DNA of 64,000 nucleotides from Apibacter sp. (GCA_031552575.1 JAVBMH010000014.1:44222-108221); one strand, 5' to 3'; shown: positions 27,282 to 36,679, numbered from the stretch's first letter. Notes: generated by a model from the letters alone, not told the origin. Numbers and translations: made by a program.

Positions 27282-27904
27282 ATGGAAAGAGTGTTATTAA
27301 GAACAAATAATAAGAAAATATCAGAAGAAAAAAGAACTCTTACAGAAGCTGTTAACTGTATAAATAGTCTAATTGAAGCTATAGCTCTACCAAATGTATC
27401 GCTCGATGAGTTAAAACCCTCTTGCAGACAGGTAGTTTAAATAGCGTTGCAGATATGTATATATCTCGAATGGATAATACTGAAAATTTAACTGTTGCAG
27501 GTATTCCCATAAACAAAGAAAAGTTTAAAGAACTAATACAAATAAACAACTCCTTTGAAATAACCCAGAAGGTAGAAGAATTTATAACTAACCTAAAAGC
27601 ATATATATCCTTACCTAATATTATAATAACAAATAATATCGCTTCTATACGCCCTGATATAGACGAATATCTATTGGAAAAGCACTCAACATTTGCCGAT
27701 ACTCCTAAACAGATAGAGATTACTAATAATTTATTGAAGTTAAAAGAAGCACTAAACACTTATTTAGACAGTATAGATAGTACTATAAGTTTTGAAAAGG
27801 GTTATTTTATACAGGGATTGGAACTTGTAGGAGCTAAAGTAAATGAAAGCTATCACAGCCGTATAAGGGTAGATATAGATATAAATTTTATCAAAAGAAG
27901 ATAG
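27282..27904 (+). pseudogene. Hypothetical phage gene split by a -1 frame change (27282..27440 plus 27410/27422..27904)
   Basis: An ATG-started 52-codon ORF (MERVLLRTNNKKISEEKRTLTEAVNCINSLIEAIALPNVSLDELKPSCRQVV*) overlaps the open frame of the 160-aa ORF, whose listed start is a TTG. The overlap contains A4 and C3 runs. Confidence 0.4.
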
Positions 27905-27917
27905 ATTCTTTAAACTG

Positions 27918-27944
27918 AAAAAACCTCTAAAATGAGGTTTTTTT
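27918..27944 (+). terminator. Intrinsic terminator closing the prophage rightward genes
   Basis: Stem AAAAAACCTC / GAGGTTTTTT with loop TAAAAT, running into a T-run. Confidence 0.7.
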
Positions 27945-28000
27945 ATCTTTATACTTTATATAAATCTGAAAAACTAATTTTAAGATATTTGAAAACTAAT

Positions 28001-28438
28001 TTAATTCAATCCAAAATCGATTATACTTACTTCTGCTTTGGACCATCCGGGAGATCCGGGTTTAATCCACTCCGTTTTTACGATCAAGGTGTAAGGAGTG
28101 ATTTTATCCTTGGAAAACACTAAGGTGTTTTTATTGATGTTTTTATTAGCACTTGCAAAAAATTTATTCGGAAATTTGGTGTCTTTATATTCCTGCCAGG
28201 TTTTAGCCCAGTCCTCTTCAGGGTTTTTATCTTTGATTTCATCGCTTCTTTTACTAATGTATTCTTCTTCAGTTAGATTTTTACTGTAAAAAGTAACTCC
28301 GGTATAGTCAAAAATTACATTAATTTCTTTCTGACCTTTTAAAAAATCAAAGGAACCGGATTGAACTTTAATTTTTTGAGAACAAGATACTAAAGCTAAA
28401 AAAAGAGCTACTAAGCTAAGAGTGGTTTTTCGTTTCAT
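28001..28438 (-). CDS. Hypothetical lipoprotein
   Basis: Signal peptide plus lipobox LVALFLALVSCSQK. 145 aa. Confidence 0.6.
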   Translation of the reverse strand: MKRKTTLSLVALFLALVSCSQKIKVQSGSFDFLKGQKEINVIFDYTGVTFYSKNLTEEEYISKRSDEIKDKNPEEDWAKTWQEYKDTKFPNKFFASANKNINKNTLVFSKDKITPYTLIVKTEWIKPGSPGWSKAEVSIIDFGLN

Positions 28439-28459
28439 GTAAAAATAATTTAATGGTTT

Positions 28460-29758
28460 TTATAATAGATTTTTCCTTTTGTCAATCAAAAGGATTGTTT
28501 TTCTTGAATTTAGTGGATTTCGTAATCTTTCAATTTCTTCCACAGGTAAAAATTCGATAGTCGGACTTACCCGAAGTTTGGCTCTGAAATGATCTTTTAC
28601 TTTAGACAAGAGATTTTCTGACTGCTGATTTACTCCTATTTTAACGATGATTTCATCTTCATTGATTTCATTGGATGATACTTCTACAATATAATTGGTG
28701 ATTTCATCAAAATCGTTAAGCAGATTAGACATGGAAGGAGGATACAACGTGGTTCCCTTGTATTTGATCATTTGGTTTTTTCTTCCGATTACCGGACCTA
28801 AACGCAGAGAAACTCTGCCACATTTGCATTTTTCATAATAAGGCTGAACAATATCTCCGGTTTTGAACCGAATCAGAGGCATTCCTTCCATTTGTAGATG
28901 GGTGATTGTTAATTCTCCGGCTTCTCCTTCAGGAACCGGATTATCATTTTCATCTAAAAATTCGGTAATGATTAATTCCGGATGATGATGTCCACCTACT
29001 CCGTATTCACATTCTGTGAACGCTGTTGACATTTCCGTGGAAGCATAGGTGGAGAAAAGCTGAACATCCCATTTGGATTTTATTTTCTGGGCTAGTATAT
29101 TTAGTGACAGATCCGGATTCCGTATGGATTCCCCGATGCAAATTGCTTTTTTTATACTACTATTTTTATAATCTATAGAATTTTCCTCTGCAAACTCAAT
29201 CATTTTCAGTAAAAAAGAAGGAACGCAGATCAAGGTATCTGGTTTTATTTTTTCTATCGTGTCCCATTGTAGTTCGGGAACCCCGGAACCTACACGTATA
29301 ATCCCGATTCCTGCCATTTTTGCCCCTAAGAAATAAGCCAGTCCGGCCACAAACCTCCGGTCCATAGTGGTAGTTAACTGGATGATATTTTTTTCCGTTA
29401 ATCCCACCGCTTCATAAGACAAAACCTCATTAAAAGCCATGCGGTTCAGGTCGTTTTCTGTGGCAATACATAACACCGGATCTCCGGATGTGCCCGAAGT
29501 AGTAACATAATCAACAATTTTTTCCCGTCCTACACAAAAGAAATCCTGATTGTATTCCTGTAATTCTTTTTTGGTGGTTACCGGAAGTTTAGATAGATCT
29601 TCCAGCGTTTTTATTTCGGAAATATCAATGGAATGTGTTTTGAATAACCGGGAGTAATAAGGAGAATGTTGTTGAATATAGGCTAATTGTTCCTGTAATT
29701 TTTCTTTCTGGAACTGCTTTATTTCTTCAACACTGGTTTTGTCTAAGTTGGAGTTCAT
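28460..29758 (-). CDS. Adenylate-forming enzyme, phenylacetate-CoA ligase / F390-synthetase-like (probable aryl-acid activation for flexirubin)
   Basis: 432 aa. PaaK-like layout (TSGTSGDP P-loop-like motif, YASTE, GDIV...). Sits in the pigment cluster. Confidence 0.7.
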   Translation of the reverse strand: MNSNLDKTSVEEIKQFQKEKLQEQLAYIQQHSPYYSRLFKTHSIDISEIKTLEDLSKLPVTTKKELQEYNQDFFCVGREKIVDYVTTSGTSGDPVLCIATENDLNRMAFNEVLSYEAVGLTEKNIIQLTTTMDRRFVAGLAYFLGAKMAGIGIIRVGSGVPELQWDTIEKIKPDTLICVPSFLLKMIEFAEENSIDYKNSSIKKAICIGESIRNPDLSLNILAQKIKSKWDVQLFSTYASTEMSTAFTECEYGVGGHHHPELIITEFLDENDNPVPEGEAGELTITHLQMEGMPLIRFKTGDIVQPYYEKCKCGRVSLRLGPVIGRKNQMIKYKGTTLYPPSMSNLLNDFDEITNYIVEVSSNEINEDEIIVKIGVNQQSENLLSKVKDHFRAKLRVSPTIEFLPVEEIERLRNPLNSRKTILLIDKRKNLL

Positions 29759-31371
29759 TGCCTGATTTTCTTTTCACATTTATGGATACGCTCTTCCACT
29801 AATTTTTTAGATGGAACGGTGGTTATTACTTTTTCAGAGGCTAAATTATAATTAATTAAAGCTTTAGTGAAATTTTTGTGCGTAAAATAATATTCACCCA
29901 TATTAAAGTACGTTTCCCAAAATTCAGGATTTAATTTTAGGTAAGCAGAGAGCCATTCATCACTTACCGGTTTTACATTTTTAATAGTCTCATGCAATAT
30001 TTTGGTTTGTTTCCGGTATTCTTCATAGTTGGCATATTCTTCTGAATATAAAAACGGATCAACTGGAATATCCAAATTAGTTTCAGCAACAGAAGAATCC
30101 TGAGTCATTTTCGGGAATTTTTCAAAGACCTTGTTCAAATCATAGGCAACAAATTCACCCAACTGATAAGGATTGGCGGAAACCCACATAATGCGTTTAT
30201 CTGGCTGGAAAATAACTCCGTGATGTGATAATAATTGATTGATGGCCTTTTCGTTTCCGTAGCCCAAAGGAATATTATCGAGGCCGTTTTTATTTCGTAA
30301 AATAGTAGCTCCCAGTTCAGGAGTCAGTTTTGGAGAAGAAGTAATTAACTGGTTCACCCGTTCAAACCGGTATTCGGAATGACTTTCCGCTATCTGTTTC
30401 AAATTCCTTTTATCATCTTTATAAACATCACTTTGGAAATGATTGGAACAAACCAACATACTGTCATTGGTTACTTCATAGATTCCGGTTTTATGTGGGG
30501 AAACCTCAATAGCTACTGCTTTTCCATCCTCGGCACTTCCTATTAAAATAGATTCCGAGACAAAAACTTTTCTTTTTTCAGCAATTTTTTCCGCTTCTTT
30601 TATATTTTGGGCATATTGTAAAATCTCTTTGGTTAACAAAGAAATTGGGGTTTTTGCTTTTAGGGGAATTCCGGATTTTCCGGCATTGATAGTGATCGTA
30701 AGTCCCTTTTCATTCATTCCCGACACAGCTCCGATCATTCCGGGCCATGCCACAATAGCATATTTATATCCGGTATCCGGATTAACGAATTCCACCATTT
30801 TATTTTTGTTGAAATCGTCATTCACATAAAAATCAAAATTTCTTCCAATCAGTAATTTTTCGTCTTTCGTATGATCTCCCCAGGCAGCAAAGGAAGTACA
30901 ACCTACCAATGCCAGATTTTGTAATGCATGCCCGATGTCGTGTGCTGCATGAAAAGATAACATCCGCTGATACGGTTTGGCAATAAAGTCGAAATCATCG
31001 GAAGTATAACGCGATAAACCGTATAATTCAACCTGATACTCTTCAGGAATGTTATTGGACAAATCGCGGTTAAAAAAGTAAACAAATCGTTTTAACAGGC
31101 TTTGATAAAAAGAAGAAGGAATGAATTCTTTGATTTTATCGGTAAAGATCTTTTCCTGTTGATACATCAATTCCTGTGTCAATATTCCGTTTGCTAGTCC
31201 TCTTTCCAACGGATTTCCTTCCACATATAATTCCCAGATTCCTTGTGAATTTTTTCTCAGAGTGTTATTTCCCGATTTATAGAAATTCTCGGAAACCTGA
31301 ACTCTTTCTTGTACGGTGGAATCATATTTCTGATAGTCGGGAAGTTTACTGGAAGAACAGGAAATAAACAC
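29755..31371 (-). CDS. C45-family (acyl-CoA:6-APA acyltransferase-like, Ntn-hydrolase) protein with C-terminal TPR-like region; start uncertain
   Basis: 538 aa from a GTG start. The internal GCTSFAAWG is consistent with the self-processing Cys of C45/Ntn enzymes. The in-frame upstream sequence encodes a lipoprotein-type signal (HQWLITSCLAIVFISC) without a canonical start codon. Confidence 0.55.
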   Translation of the reverse strand: MFISCSSSKLPDYQKYDSTVQERVQVSENFYKSGNNTLRKNSQGIWELYVEGNPLERGLANGILTQELMYQQEKIFTDKIKEFIPSSFYQSLLKRFVYFFNRDLSNNIPEEYQVELYGLSRYTSDDFDFIAKPYQRMLSFHAAHDIGHALQNLALVGCTSFAAWGDHTKDEKLLIGRNFDFYVNDDFNKNKMVEFVNPDTGYKYAIVAWPGMIGAVSGMNEKGLTITINAGKSGIPLKAKTPISLLTKEILQYAQNIKEAEKIAEKRKVFVSESILIGSAEDGKAVAIEVSPHKTGIYEVTNDSMLVCSNHFQSDVYKDDKRNLKQIAESHSEYRFERVNQLITSSPKLTPELGATILRNKNGLDNIPLGYGNEKAINQLLSHHGVIFQPDKRIMWVSANPYQLGEFVAYDLNKVFEKFPKMTQDSSVAETNLDIPVDPFLYSEEYANYEEYRKQTKILHETIKNVKPVSDEWLSAYLKLNPEFWETYFNMGEYYFTHKNFTKALINYNLASEKVITTVPSKKLVEERIHKCEKKIRQ

Positions 31372-31442
31372 AATGGCTAAACAACTTGTGATTAGCCATT
31401 GATGTATAGTATGTATATATCTAATAGGTAGTGTCTTAATAA

Positions 31443-32693
31443 TTAATGAGGTTGATTAGATTTTTTTTCTTCACGGATCATATTGGCAATTGCTTTTACT
31501 GCCCGGTTGTGTTTAAGAACAAACGGATTTTCCTTGTCCCAGACATATCCGGCCAGAACCGAACAAACTTTTCTTCTCACATCTGCATTTTCTTCCTTGT
31601 GAAAGAAAAATTCCTGTAAATCTCCAGAATACCAGTCTAAAATATAAGACCGGAAAACATCTACTCCCCAGGCAATATGTTCCGCATAATCCTTTTCCCA
31701 ATACACTTTTTCTCCTTTCAGTTGTTTGACTATCAGTTTGGCGGCTGTACTTCCTGATTCGGTAGCGAAGCAGACTCCGGAAGAAAATACCGGATCTAAA
31801 AACTCAGAACTATTTCCGGTTAACACATAACCGTTTCCATATAATTTTTTTACGGATTTGGAATATCCTATGATTTTTTTTGGTTCAAAGACGAATTCTA
31901 CTCCTTCAAACCTATCTCTATAATAATCACTTCTCCGGATGATGTTTCTGAATACTTCCTCTTGATTGTCGTTTTCCGTTGCCTGGAAATATTCCGAAGG
32001 AGCCACTAATCCTAACGAAGTAATTCCGTTGGAAAAAGGAATCATCCAGAACCAGTGTTCCAGTTCCAGTACATCAAAAGTAATGGTAGAGCCTTCTATT
32101 CCTTCCGGTTTTTTGGTGTCCTTTACGTGAACGAACATCGAAGTTTTCGGAGCTAAGATAGAAGGAATATTTAGTTCTTCAATTTCTGGCAACACCCGTC
32201 CATATCCGCTAGCATCAATAATAAATTTTGCGTGAATTTCCGTTTGGTTTCCATCTTTATCTGTAATCAAGGAAACAGAATCTGTTCCGTCAAAAGTTAC
32301 CCTTTCTACTTTGGTTTCAAAATCTATTTTAATTCCTTGTCTTTGCAGTGAATCTGTTAATGTTTTATCGAAATCTGCCCGTGGAACCTGCCAGGTCCAG
32401 TCCCAGCCATCTGTAAACTTATCATGGAATTTGAACCAGCAAACATCATTTCCACGTAGAAAACGAGCCCCGATCTTTTTTTCAAATCCTTGTTCCATAA
32501 GGTCGTCCAGCAATCCGGCCTCTTCAAAATGCTCCATACTTCGTGGAAGCAGGCTTTCTCCAATTACGAATCTTGGGAATTTTTCTTTTTCCACAATTTT
32601 GAAGCTGACGCCGTTTTTAGCTAAGATTCCGGCTGCTACTGCTCCGGATGGGCCGACTCCTATAATAAGAACATCTACAGTTTCTTTTTTCAT
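31443..32693 (-). CDS. Flavin-dependent halogenase
   Basis: N-terminal FAD fold VLIIGVGPSGAVAAG and the halogenase signature WxWxIP (HWFWMIPFSNG). Confidence 0.75.
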   Translation of the reverse strand: MKKETVDVLIIGVGPSGAVAAGILAKNGVSFKIVEKEKFPRFVIGESLLPRSMEHFEEAGLLDDLMEQGFEKKIGARFLRGNDVCWFKFHDKFTDGWDWTWQVPRADFDKTLTDSLQRQGIKIDFETKVERVTFDGTDSVSLITDKDGNQTEIHAKFIIDASGYGRVLPEIEELNIPSILAPKTSMFVHVKDTKKPEGIEGSTITFDVLELEHWFWMIPFSNGITSLGLVAPSEYFQATENDNQEEVFRNIIRRSDYYRDRFEGVEFVFEPKKIIGYSKSVKKLYGNGYVLTGNSSEFLDPVFSSGVCFATESGSTAAKLIVKQLKGEKVYWEKDYAEHIAWGVDVFRSYILDWYSGDLQEFFFHKEENADVRRKVCSVLAGYVWDKENPFVLKHNRAVKAIANMIREEKKSNQPH

Positions 32694-32757
32694 TTTAGTT
32701 TTAACAAAATTTTTAACAAAATTATAAAAATAACTAATTTAGCAACCCTATATTTTA

Positions 32758-34290
32758 ATGATAAATATTATGATAGATATTTCTGGGTTCATTTCCTCTA
32801 ATGATTTTAAATCTATAGTAACAGAAAATGAAAAAATAAATTTGTCCAAAGAGACCATGGAGAGAATTGAAGGTAGTTTTCGTTTTCTACAGGATTTTGC
32901 TAAGAGTAAAATTATTTATGGGGTGAACACAGGGTTTGGTCCTATGGCTCAATATAGGATCAGTGAGGAAGACCAGCATCAATTACAATACAATTTGATT
33001 AGAAGCCATTCTGCCGGAATGGGGGAAGTATTGAGTCCTATGTATGCAAGAGCAGTAGTATTGGCACGCATACAAACCTTGTCTTTAGGAAATTCCGGAG
33101 TTCATATTTCTGTAGTGAATTTGATGAAGGAATTCATAAATCGGGAAATCTATCCGATTATTTACAAACACGGAGGAGTGGGAGCAAGCGGAGATTTGGT
33201 TCAGTTGGCTCATTTGGCGTTGGGATTAATAGGAGAAGGAGAATTATGGTACAAAGGAGAAAGAAAACCGGCAAAAAAAGTATTTGAAAAAGAAAACCTG
33301 AAGCCGATTGAAATTCATTTGAGGGAAGGTTTGGCTTTGATTAACGGAACTTCTGTTATGACAGGAGTAGGGATTATCAATATTTTGTATGCGAAAAAAC
33401 TGTTATATTGGTCTTTACTGACTTCTTCTTTGATTAATGAGTTGGTTTCAGCCTTTGACGATCATCTTTCGGAAGAATTGAACGGAACAAAAAGGCATCG
33501 GGGGCAAAGAAAGGTAGCGGAAAAAATGAGGAAAATCCTTTTCGATAGCCAGTTAATACGAAAAAGAGAAGAACATTTATATACAGGAGAAATAAAAGAA
33601 TTTATTTTTAAAGAAAAAGTACAGGAATATTATTCCCTGCGATGTGTTCCCCAGATTTTAGGTCCAATCTTAGATACCATAGAAAGAACGGAAGAAATTT
33701 TACTGGATGAGGTAAATTCAGCCAACGATAATCCCATTGTGGATGTGAATACACAAAATGTGTATCATGGAGGGAATTTTCACGGAGATTATATTTCCCT
33801 GGAAATGGATAAACTCCGCATTTGTATCACCAAACTGAGTATGTTACTGGAAAGACAACTCAATTACCTGTTAAATCCATCCTTAAATGAAATATTGCCC
33901 GCCTTTGTTAATTTAGGAACTCTGGGATTAAATTTCGGAATGCAAGCTGCCCAGTTCACCGCAACTTCCACCACAGCAGAAAATCAAACATTGGCAACTC
34001 CTATTTACACCCATAGTATTCCCAACAATAAAGACAATCAGGACATTGTGAGTATGGGAACCAATGCCGCTCTGCTAACGGAAAAAGTAATAGATAATTC
34101 CTTTGAAATACTATCCATTTATGTGTTGACTTTAGTGCAGGCAATTGATTATTTACAATACAAAAATAAAATTTCATCCGAAGGACAAAAACTTTATAAA
34201 GAAATTAGAAATATAGTTCCTAAATTTGATAAGGATGATGTTTTAAGCCCTTCACTAATGAAAATTAAGAAATATCTTAAAAAACTGTAA
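32758..34290 (+). CDS. Aromatic amino acid ammonia-lyase (MIO enzyme; tyrosine ammonia-lyase expected in flexirubin clusters)
   Basis: MIO-forming triad Ala-Ser-Gly in GGVGASGDLVQLAHLALGLIGEG. 510 aa, full-length HAL/TAL fold. Confidence 0.85.
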   Translation: MINIMIDISGFISSNDFKSIVTENEKINLSKETMERIEGSFRFLQDFAKSKIIYGVNTGFGPMAQYRISEEDQHQLQYNLIRSHSAGMGEVLSPMYARAVVLARIQTLSLGNSGVHISVVNLMKEFINREIYPIIYKHGGVGASGDLVQLAHLALGLIGEGELWYKGERKPAKKVFEKENLKPIEIHLREGLALINGTSVMTGVGIINILYAKKLLYWSLLTSSLINELVSAFDDHLSEELNGTKRHRGQRKVAEKMRKILFDSQLIRKREEHLYTGEIKEFIFKEKVQEYYSLRCVPQILGPILDTIERTEEILLDEVNSANDNPIVDVNTQNVYHGGNFHGDYISLEMDKLRICITKLSMLLERQLNYLLNPSLNEILPAFVNLGTLGLNFGMQAAQFTATSTTAENQTLATPIYTHSIPNNKDNQDIVSMGTNAALLTEKVIDNSFEILSIYVLTLVQAIDYLQYKNKISSEGQKLYKEIRNIVPKFDKDDVLSPSLMKIKKYLKKL

Positions 34291-34302
34291 AACTGCGGAA
34301 AA

Positions 34303-35040
34303 ATGAAAACCAAATATGCCTTAGTAACCGGAGGTTCCAGAGGAATAGGAAAAGAAATTTGCCTGAAATTTGCCAAAGAATTAAACTATTCCATTCTGAT
34401 TAATTACCGTTCCAACAAACAGGAAGCGGAAGATACCCTTGCAAAAATCACGGAATTAGGTGGACAGGCTGAACTGCTCCCTTTTGATGTTTCTAACCGG
34501 GAACAAACTTTTTTGACATTGGATAACTGGAAAAATTCACATCTGGATTCCGTTATTGAAGTTATCGTGAATAATGCAGGAGTAACCGCAGACAATCTTT
34601 TCGTATGGATGGAAAAAGAAGATTGGGACAAGGTAATTAACACTAGTTTGAATGGATTTTATAACGTTACTAAGCCGCTTATAGAAGATTTGGTAAAAAA
34701 CCGATACGGAAGAATCATTAATATAGCCTCGGTTTCCGGGGTGAAAGGTACAGCCGGACAGGTAAACTATTCCGCAGCAAAAGGAGCTCTGATTGCTGCA
34801 ACCAAAGCGCTGGCGCAGGAAGTAGCCAAAAGGAAAATCACCGTAAATGCAGTAGCTCCAGGCTTCATCGAAACCGATATGACAAACGGACTGGATGAAA
34901 CCGAACTAAAAAAATTGGTACCAATGAACCGTTTCGGAAAAGCAGAAGAAGTGGCAGATTTGGTTTGTTTTTTAGCATCAGAAAAAGCTTCCTACATTAC
35001 AGGAGAAGTTATTAATATTAACGGAGGAATATATTCATGA
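34303..35040 (+). CDS. fabG: 3-oxoacyl-ACP reductase (SDR)
   Basis: VTGGSRGIGKE cofactor motif; catalytic YSAAK; 245 aa. Confidence 0.9.
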   Translation: MKTKYALVTGGSRGIGKEICLKFAKELNYSILINYRSNKQEAEDTLAKITELGGQAELLPFDVSNREQTFLTLDNWKNSHLDSVIEVIVNNAGVTADNLFVWMEKEDWDKVINTSLNGFYNVTKPLIEDLVKNRYGRIINIASVSGVKGTAGQVNYSAAKGALIAATKALAQEVAKRKITVNAVAPGFIETDMTNGLDETELKKLVPMNRFGKAEEVADLVCFLASEKASYITGEVININGGIYS

Positions 35041-36251
35041 GTCGTGTAGTCATAACAGGAATGGGAATTTATTCCTGTTTGGGAAAAAATCTGGAAGAAG
35101 TAAAAAACTCCTTATATCAGGGAAAGTCCGGAATTATATTTTCACAGGAACGGAAAGATTTCGGATATCGTTCTGCTCTCACAGGTTTTGTAGAAAGACC
35201 GGATTTGAAGAATCTTTTGAACCGGAGACAGAGAATAAGCATGGGGGAAGAAAGTGAATATGCGTATATGGCTACCATAGAAGCTCTGGAAAAAGCAGGA
35301 ATACAAACCGGGTTCTTTGATGAAAACGAAGTAGGAATATTATACGGAAATGACAGTGTTGCCAAGGCAGTCATTGAATCCATAGACACCATAAGAGAAA
35401 CGAAAGATACCACATTGGTAGGTTCCGGAGCCATTTTTAAATCTATGAATTCCACCGTGACCATGAATTTGGCTACCATTTTTAAATTACGGGGGATCAA
35501 TATGACTATTAGCGCGGCCTGCGCTAGTGGTTCTCATTCCATCGGATTGGGATATTTACTTATCAAGCAAGGACTTCAGGATATGATTATCTGTGGAGGA
35601 GCACAGGAGCTCAACCATTATGGAATGAGTAGTTTTGATGGGTTGGGAGTTTTTTCTGTCAGGGAAAATGAACCAGAAAAAGCCTCACGTCCGTTTGATA
35701 AAAATCGGGATGGATTGATTCCCAGCGGAGGAGCTGCTACCATAATATTGGAAAGCTATGAATCTGCTGTAAAAAGAGGCGCAACGATTTTAGGCGAAGT
35801 GATTGGATATGGATTTTCTTCCAACGGAGATCATATTTCAACACCCAATGTAGATGGTCCTAAGCGGGCTATGCAAATGGCATTGGAACAAGCAGATGTT
35901 CAGCCGGAAGAGGTTGGATATATCAATGCACATGCCACTTCTACCCCTATTGGCGATGCCAATGAAGCTCAGGCAATAGATTCTATTTTTGGAAATAATC
36001 CTTACGTAAGTTCCACCAAATCTATGACCGGCCATGAATGCTGGATGGCGGGAACGAGTGAGATTGTTTATTCCCTGTTGATGATGCATCATAGTTTTAT
36101 TGCACCCAATATCAACCTCGAAGAAGCAGACGAAGCCGCTAAAAATTTAAAACTGGCTGAAAAAACCATAGATCATAAATTTGATATGTTCCTTTCCAAT
36201 TCATTTGGCTTCGGGGGAACCAATTCGGCATTGGTGGTTAAGAGATTTTAG
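35037..36251 (+). CDS. Beta-ketoacyl-ACP synthase (FabB/FabF-like)
   Basis: Active-site Cys in ISAACASGSHSIG; His motifs NAHATSTPIGD and KSMTGHECWMAG. Confidence 0.9.
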   Translation: MSRVVITGMGIYSCLGKNLEEVKNSLYQGKSGIIFSQERKDFGYRSALTGFVERPDLKNLLNRRQRISMGEESEYAYMATIEALEKAGIQTGFFDENEVGILYGNDSVAKAVIESIDTIRETKDTTLVGSGAIFKSMNSTVTMNLATIFKLRGINMTISAACASGSHSIGLGYLLIKQGLQDMIICGGAQELNHYGMSSFDGLGVFSVRENEPEKASRPFDKNRDGLIPSGGAATIILESYESAVKRGATILGEVIGYGFSSNGDHISTPNVDGPKRAMQMALEQADVQPEEVGYINAHATSTPIGDANEAQAIDSIFGNNPYVSSTKSMTGHECWMAGTSEIVYSLLMMHHSFIAPNINLEEADEAAKNLKLAEKTIDHKFDMFLSNSFGFGGTNSALVVKRF

Positions 36252-36381
36252 ATATAAGTAGTAAGATGTAAGGAATTAATTTGTTAATTAGCAAATTAGC
36301 ATATTAATCAATCGTAAATCTAACTTCTAACTTCATACTTTTTTATATTTTTTTGTTTTTTGAGAAAATCATTAAAATATG

Positions 36382-36389
36382 TACCTTTG
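36382..36389 (+). promoter_or_regulatory. Candidate promoter (-7 TACCTTTG with -33 TTG at 36360-36362)
   Basis: TAnnTTTG match 30 nt upstream of the ACP ATG, with a TTG 19 nt upstream of the box. Confidence 0.4.
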
Positions 36390-36419
36390 CAGGTAATTTA
36401 TTTATGAAATCATAACTAT

Positions 36420-36668
36420 ATGAATGTCATTACAAAGGAAGAAATAGTCAGGATTACCAACAATCTTCTGGTAGAAGAATTTGAGGCCGATCCCGATTTA
36501 TTGAAGCCTGAAGCGGATTTGAAAACCACACTGGAATTGGACAGTTTGGATTTTGTTGATTTAGTGGTTGCCATTAAATCTAATTTTGGAGTAAAATTAG
36601 AAAGGAAAGATTTTGAAGGAGTAATTACCTTTCAAGATTTTTATTCACTAATAGAAAGCAGAATATAA
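36420..36668 (+). CDS. Acyl carrier protein
   Basis: 82 aa. Phosphopantetheine Ser in LELDSLDFVDLVV. Confidence 0.85.
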   Translation: MNVITKEEIVRITNNLLVEEFEADPDLLKPEADLKTTLELDSLDFVDLVVAIKSNFGVKLERKDFEGVITFQDFYSLIESRI

Positions 36669-36679
36669 GAAATCTCACT

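Larger units (their letters stand above)
17100..27944. mobile_element. Defective Mu-like transposable prophage region (left boundary approximate, right end not identified)
   Basis: Mu-like early gene order: leftward regulator, small HTH, DDE transposase, AAA+ MuB-like ATPase, GemA-like. Scattered late genes follow (tail assembly chaperone with -1 PRF, tape measure, ClpP-like protease). AT-rich relative to flanks, with three frame disruptions. Confidence 0.6.

Noticed and set aside
27379-27759. 126-aa minus-strand ORF overlapping 27422..27904.
   Set aside because: The plus-strand ORF matches the operon orientation and is followed by a terminator. The minus-strand product is hydrophobic and low-complexity with no upstream promoter-like box.
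16193-28004. Direct repeats sharing TGAAAAACTA at both edges of the accessory block as possible att sites of an integrative island: TTGAAAAACTACCATTT at 16193 and TGTAAAACTACCATTT at 16267, versus TGAAAAACTAATTTTA at 27967 and TTGAAAACTAATTTAA at 27989.
   Set aside because: The shared core is only about 10 nt and A-rich in an AT-rich context. No tyrosine or serine recombinase gene is present. Each pair is also a local tandem repeat that could be regulatory. The evidence is insufficient.
32940-32975. Attempt to read substrate specificity (Tyr vs His vs Phe) of the ammonia-lyase from the residues after GFGPMAQ (Y-R).
   Set aside because: I cannot place the selectivity-switch column reliably without an alignment to characterised TAL/PAL/HAL enzymes. 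The tyrosine assignment rests only on cluster context.
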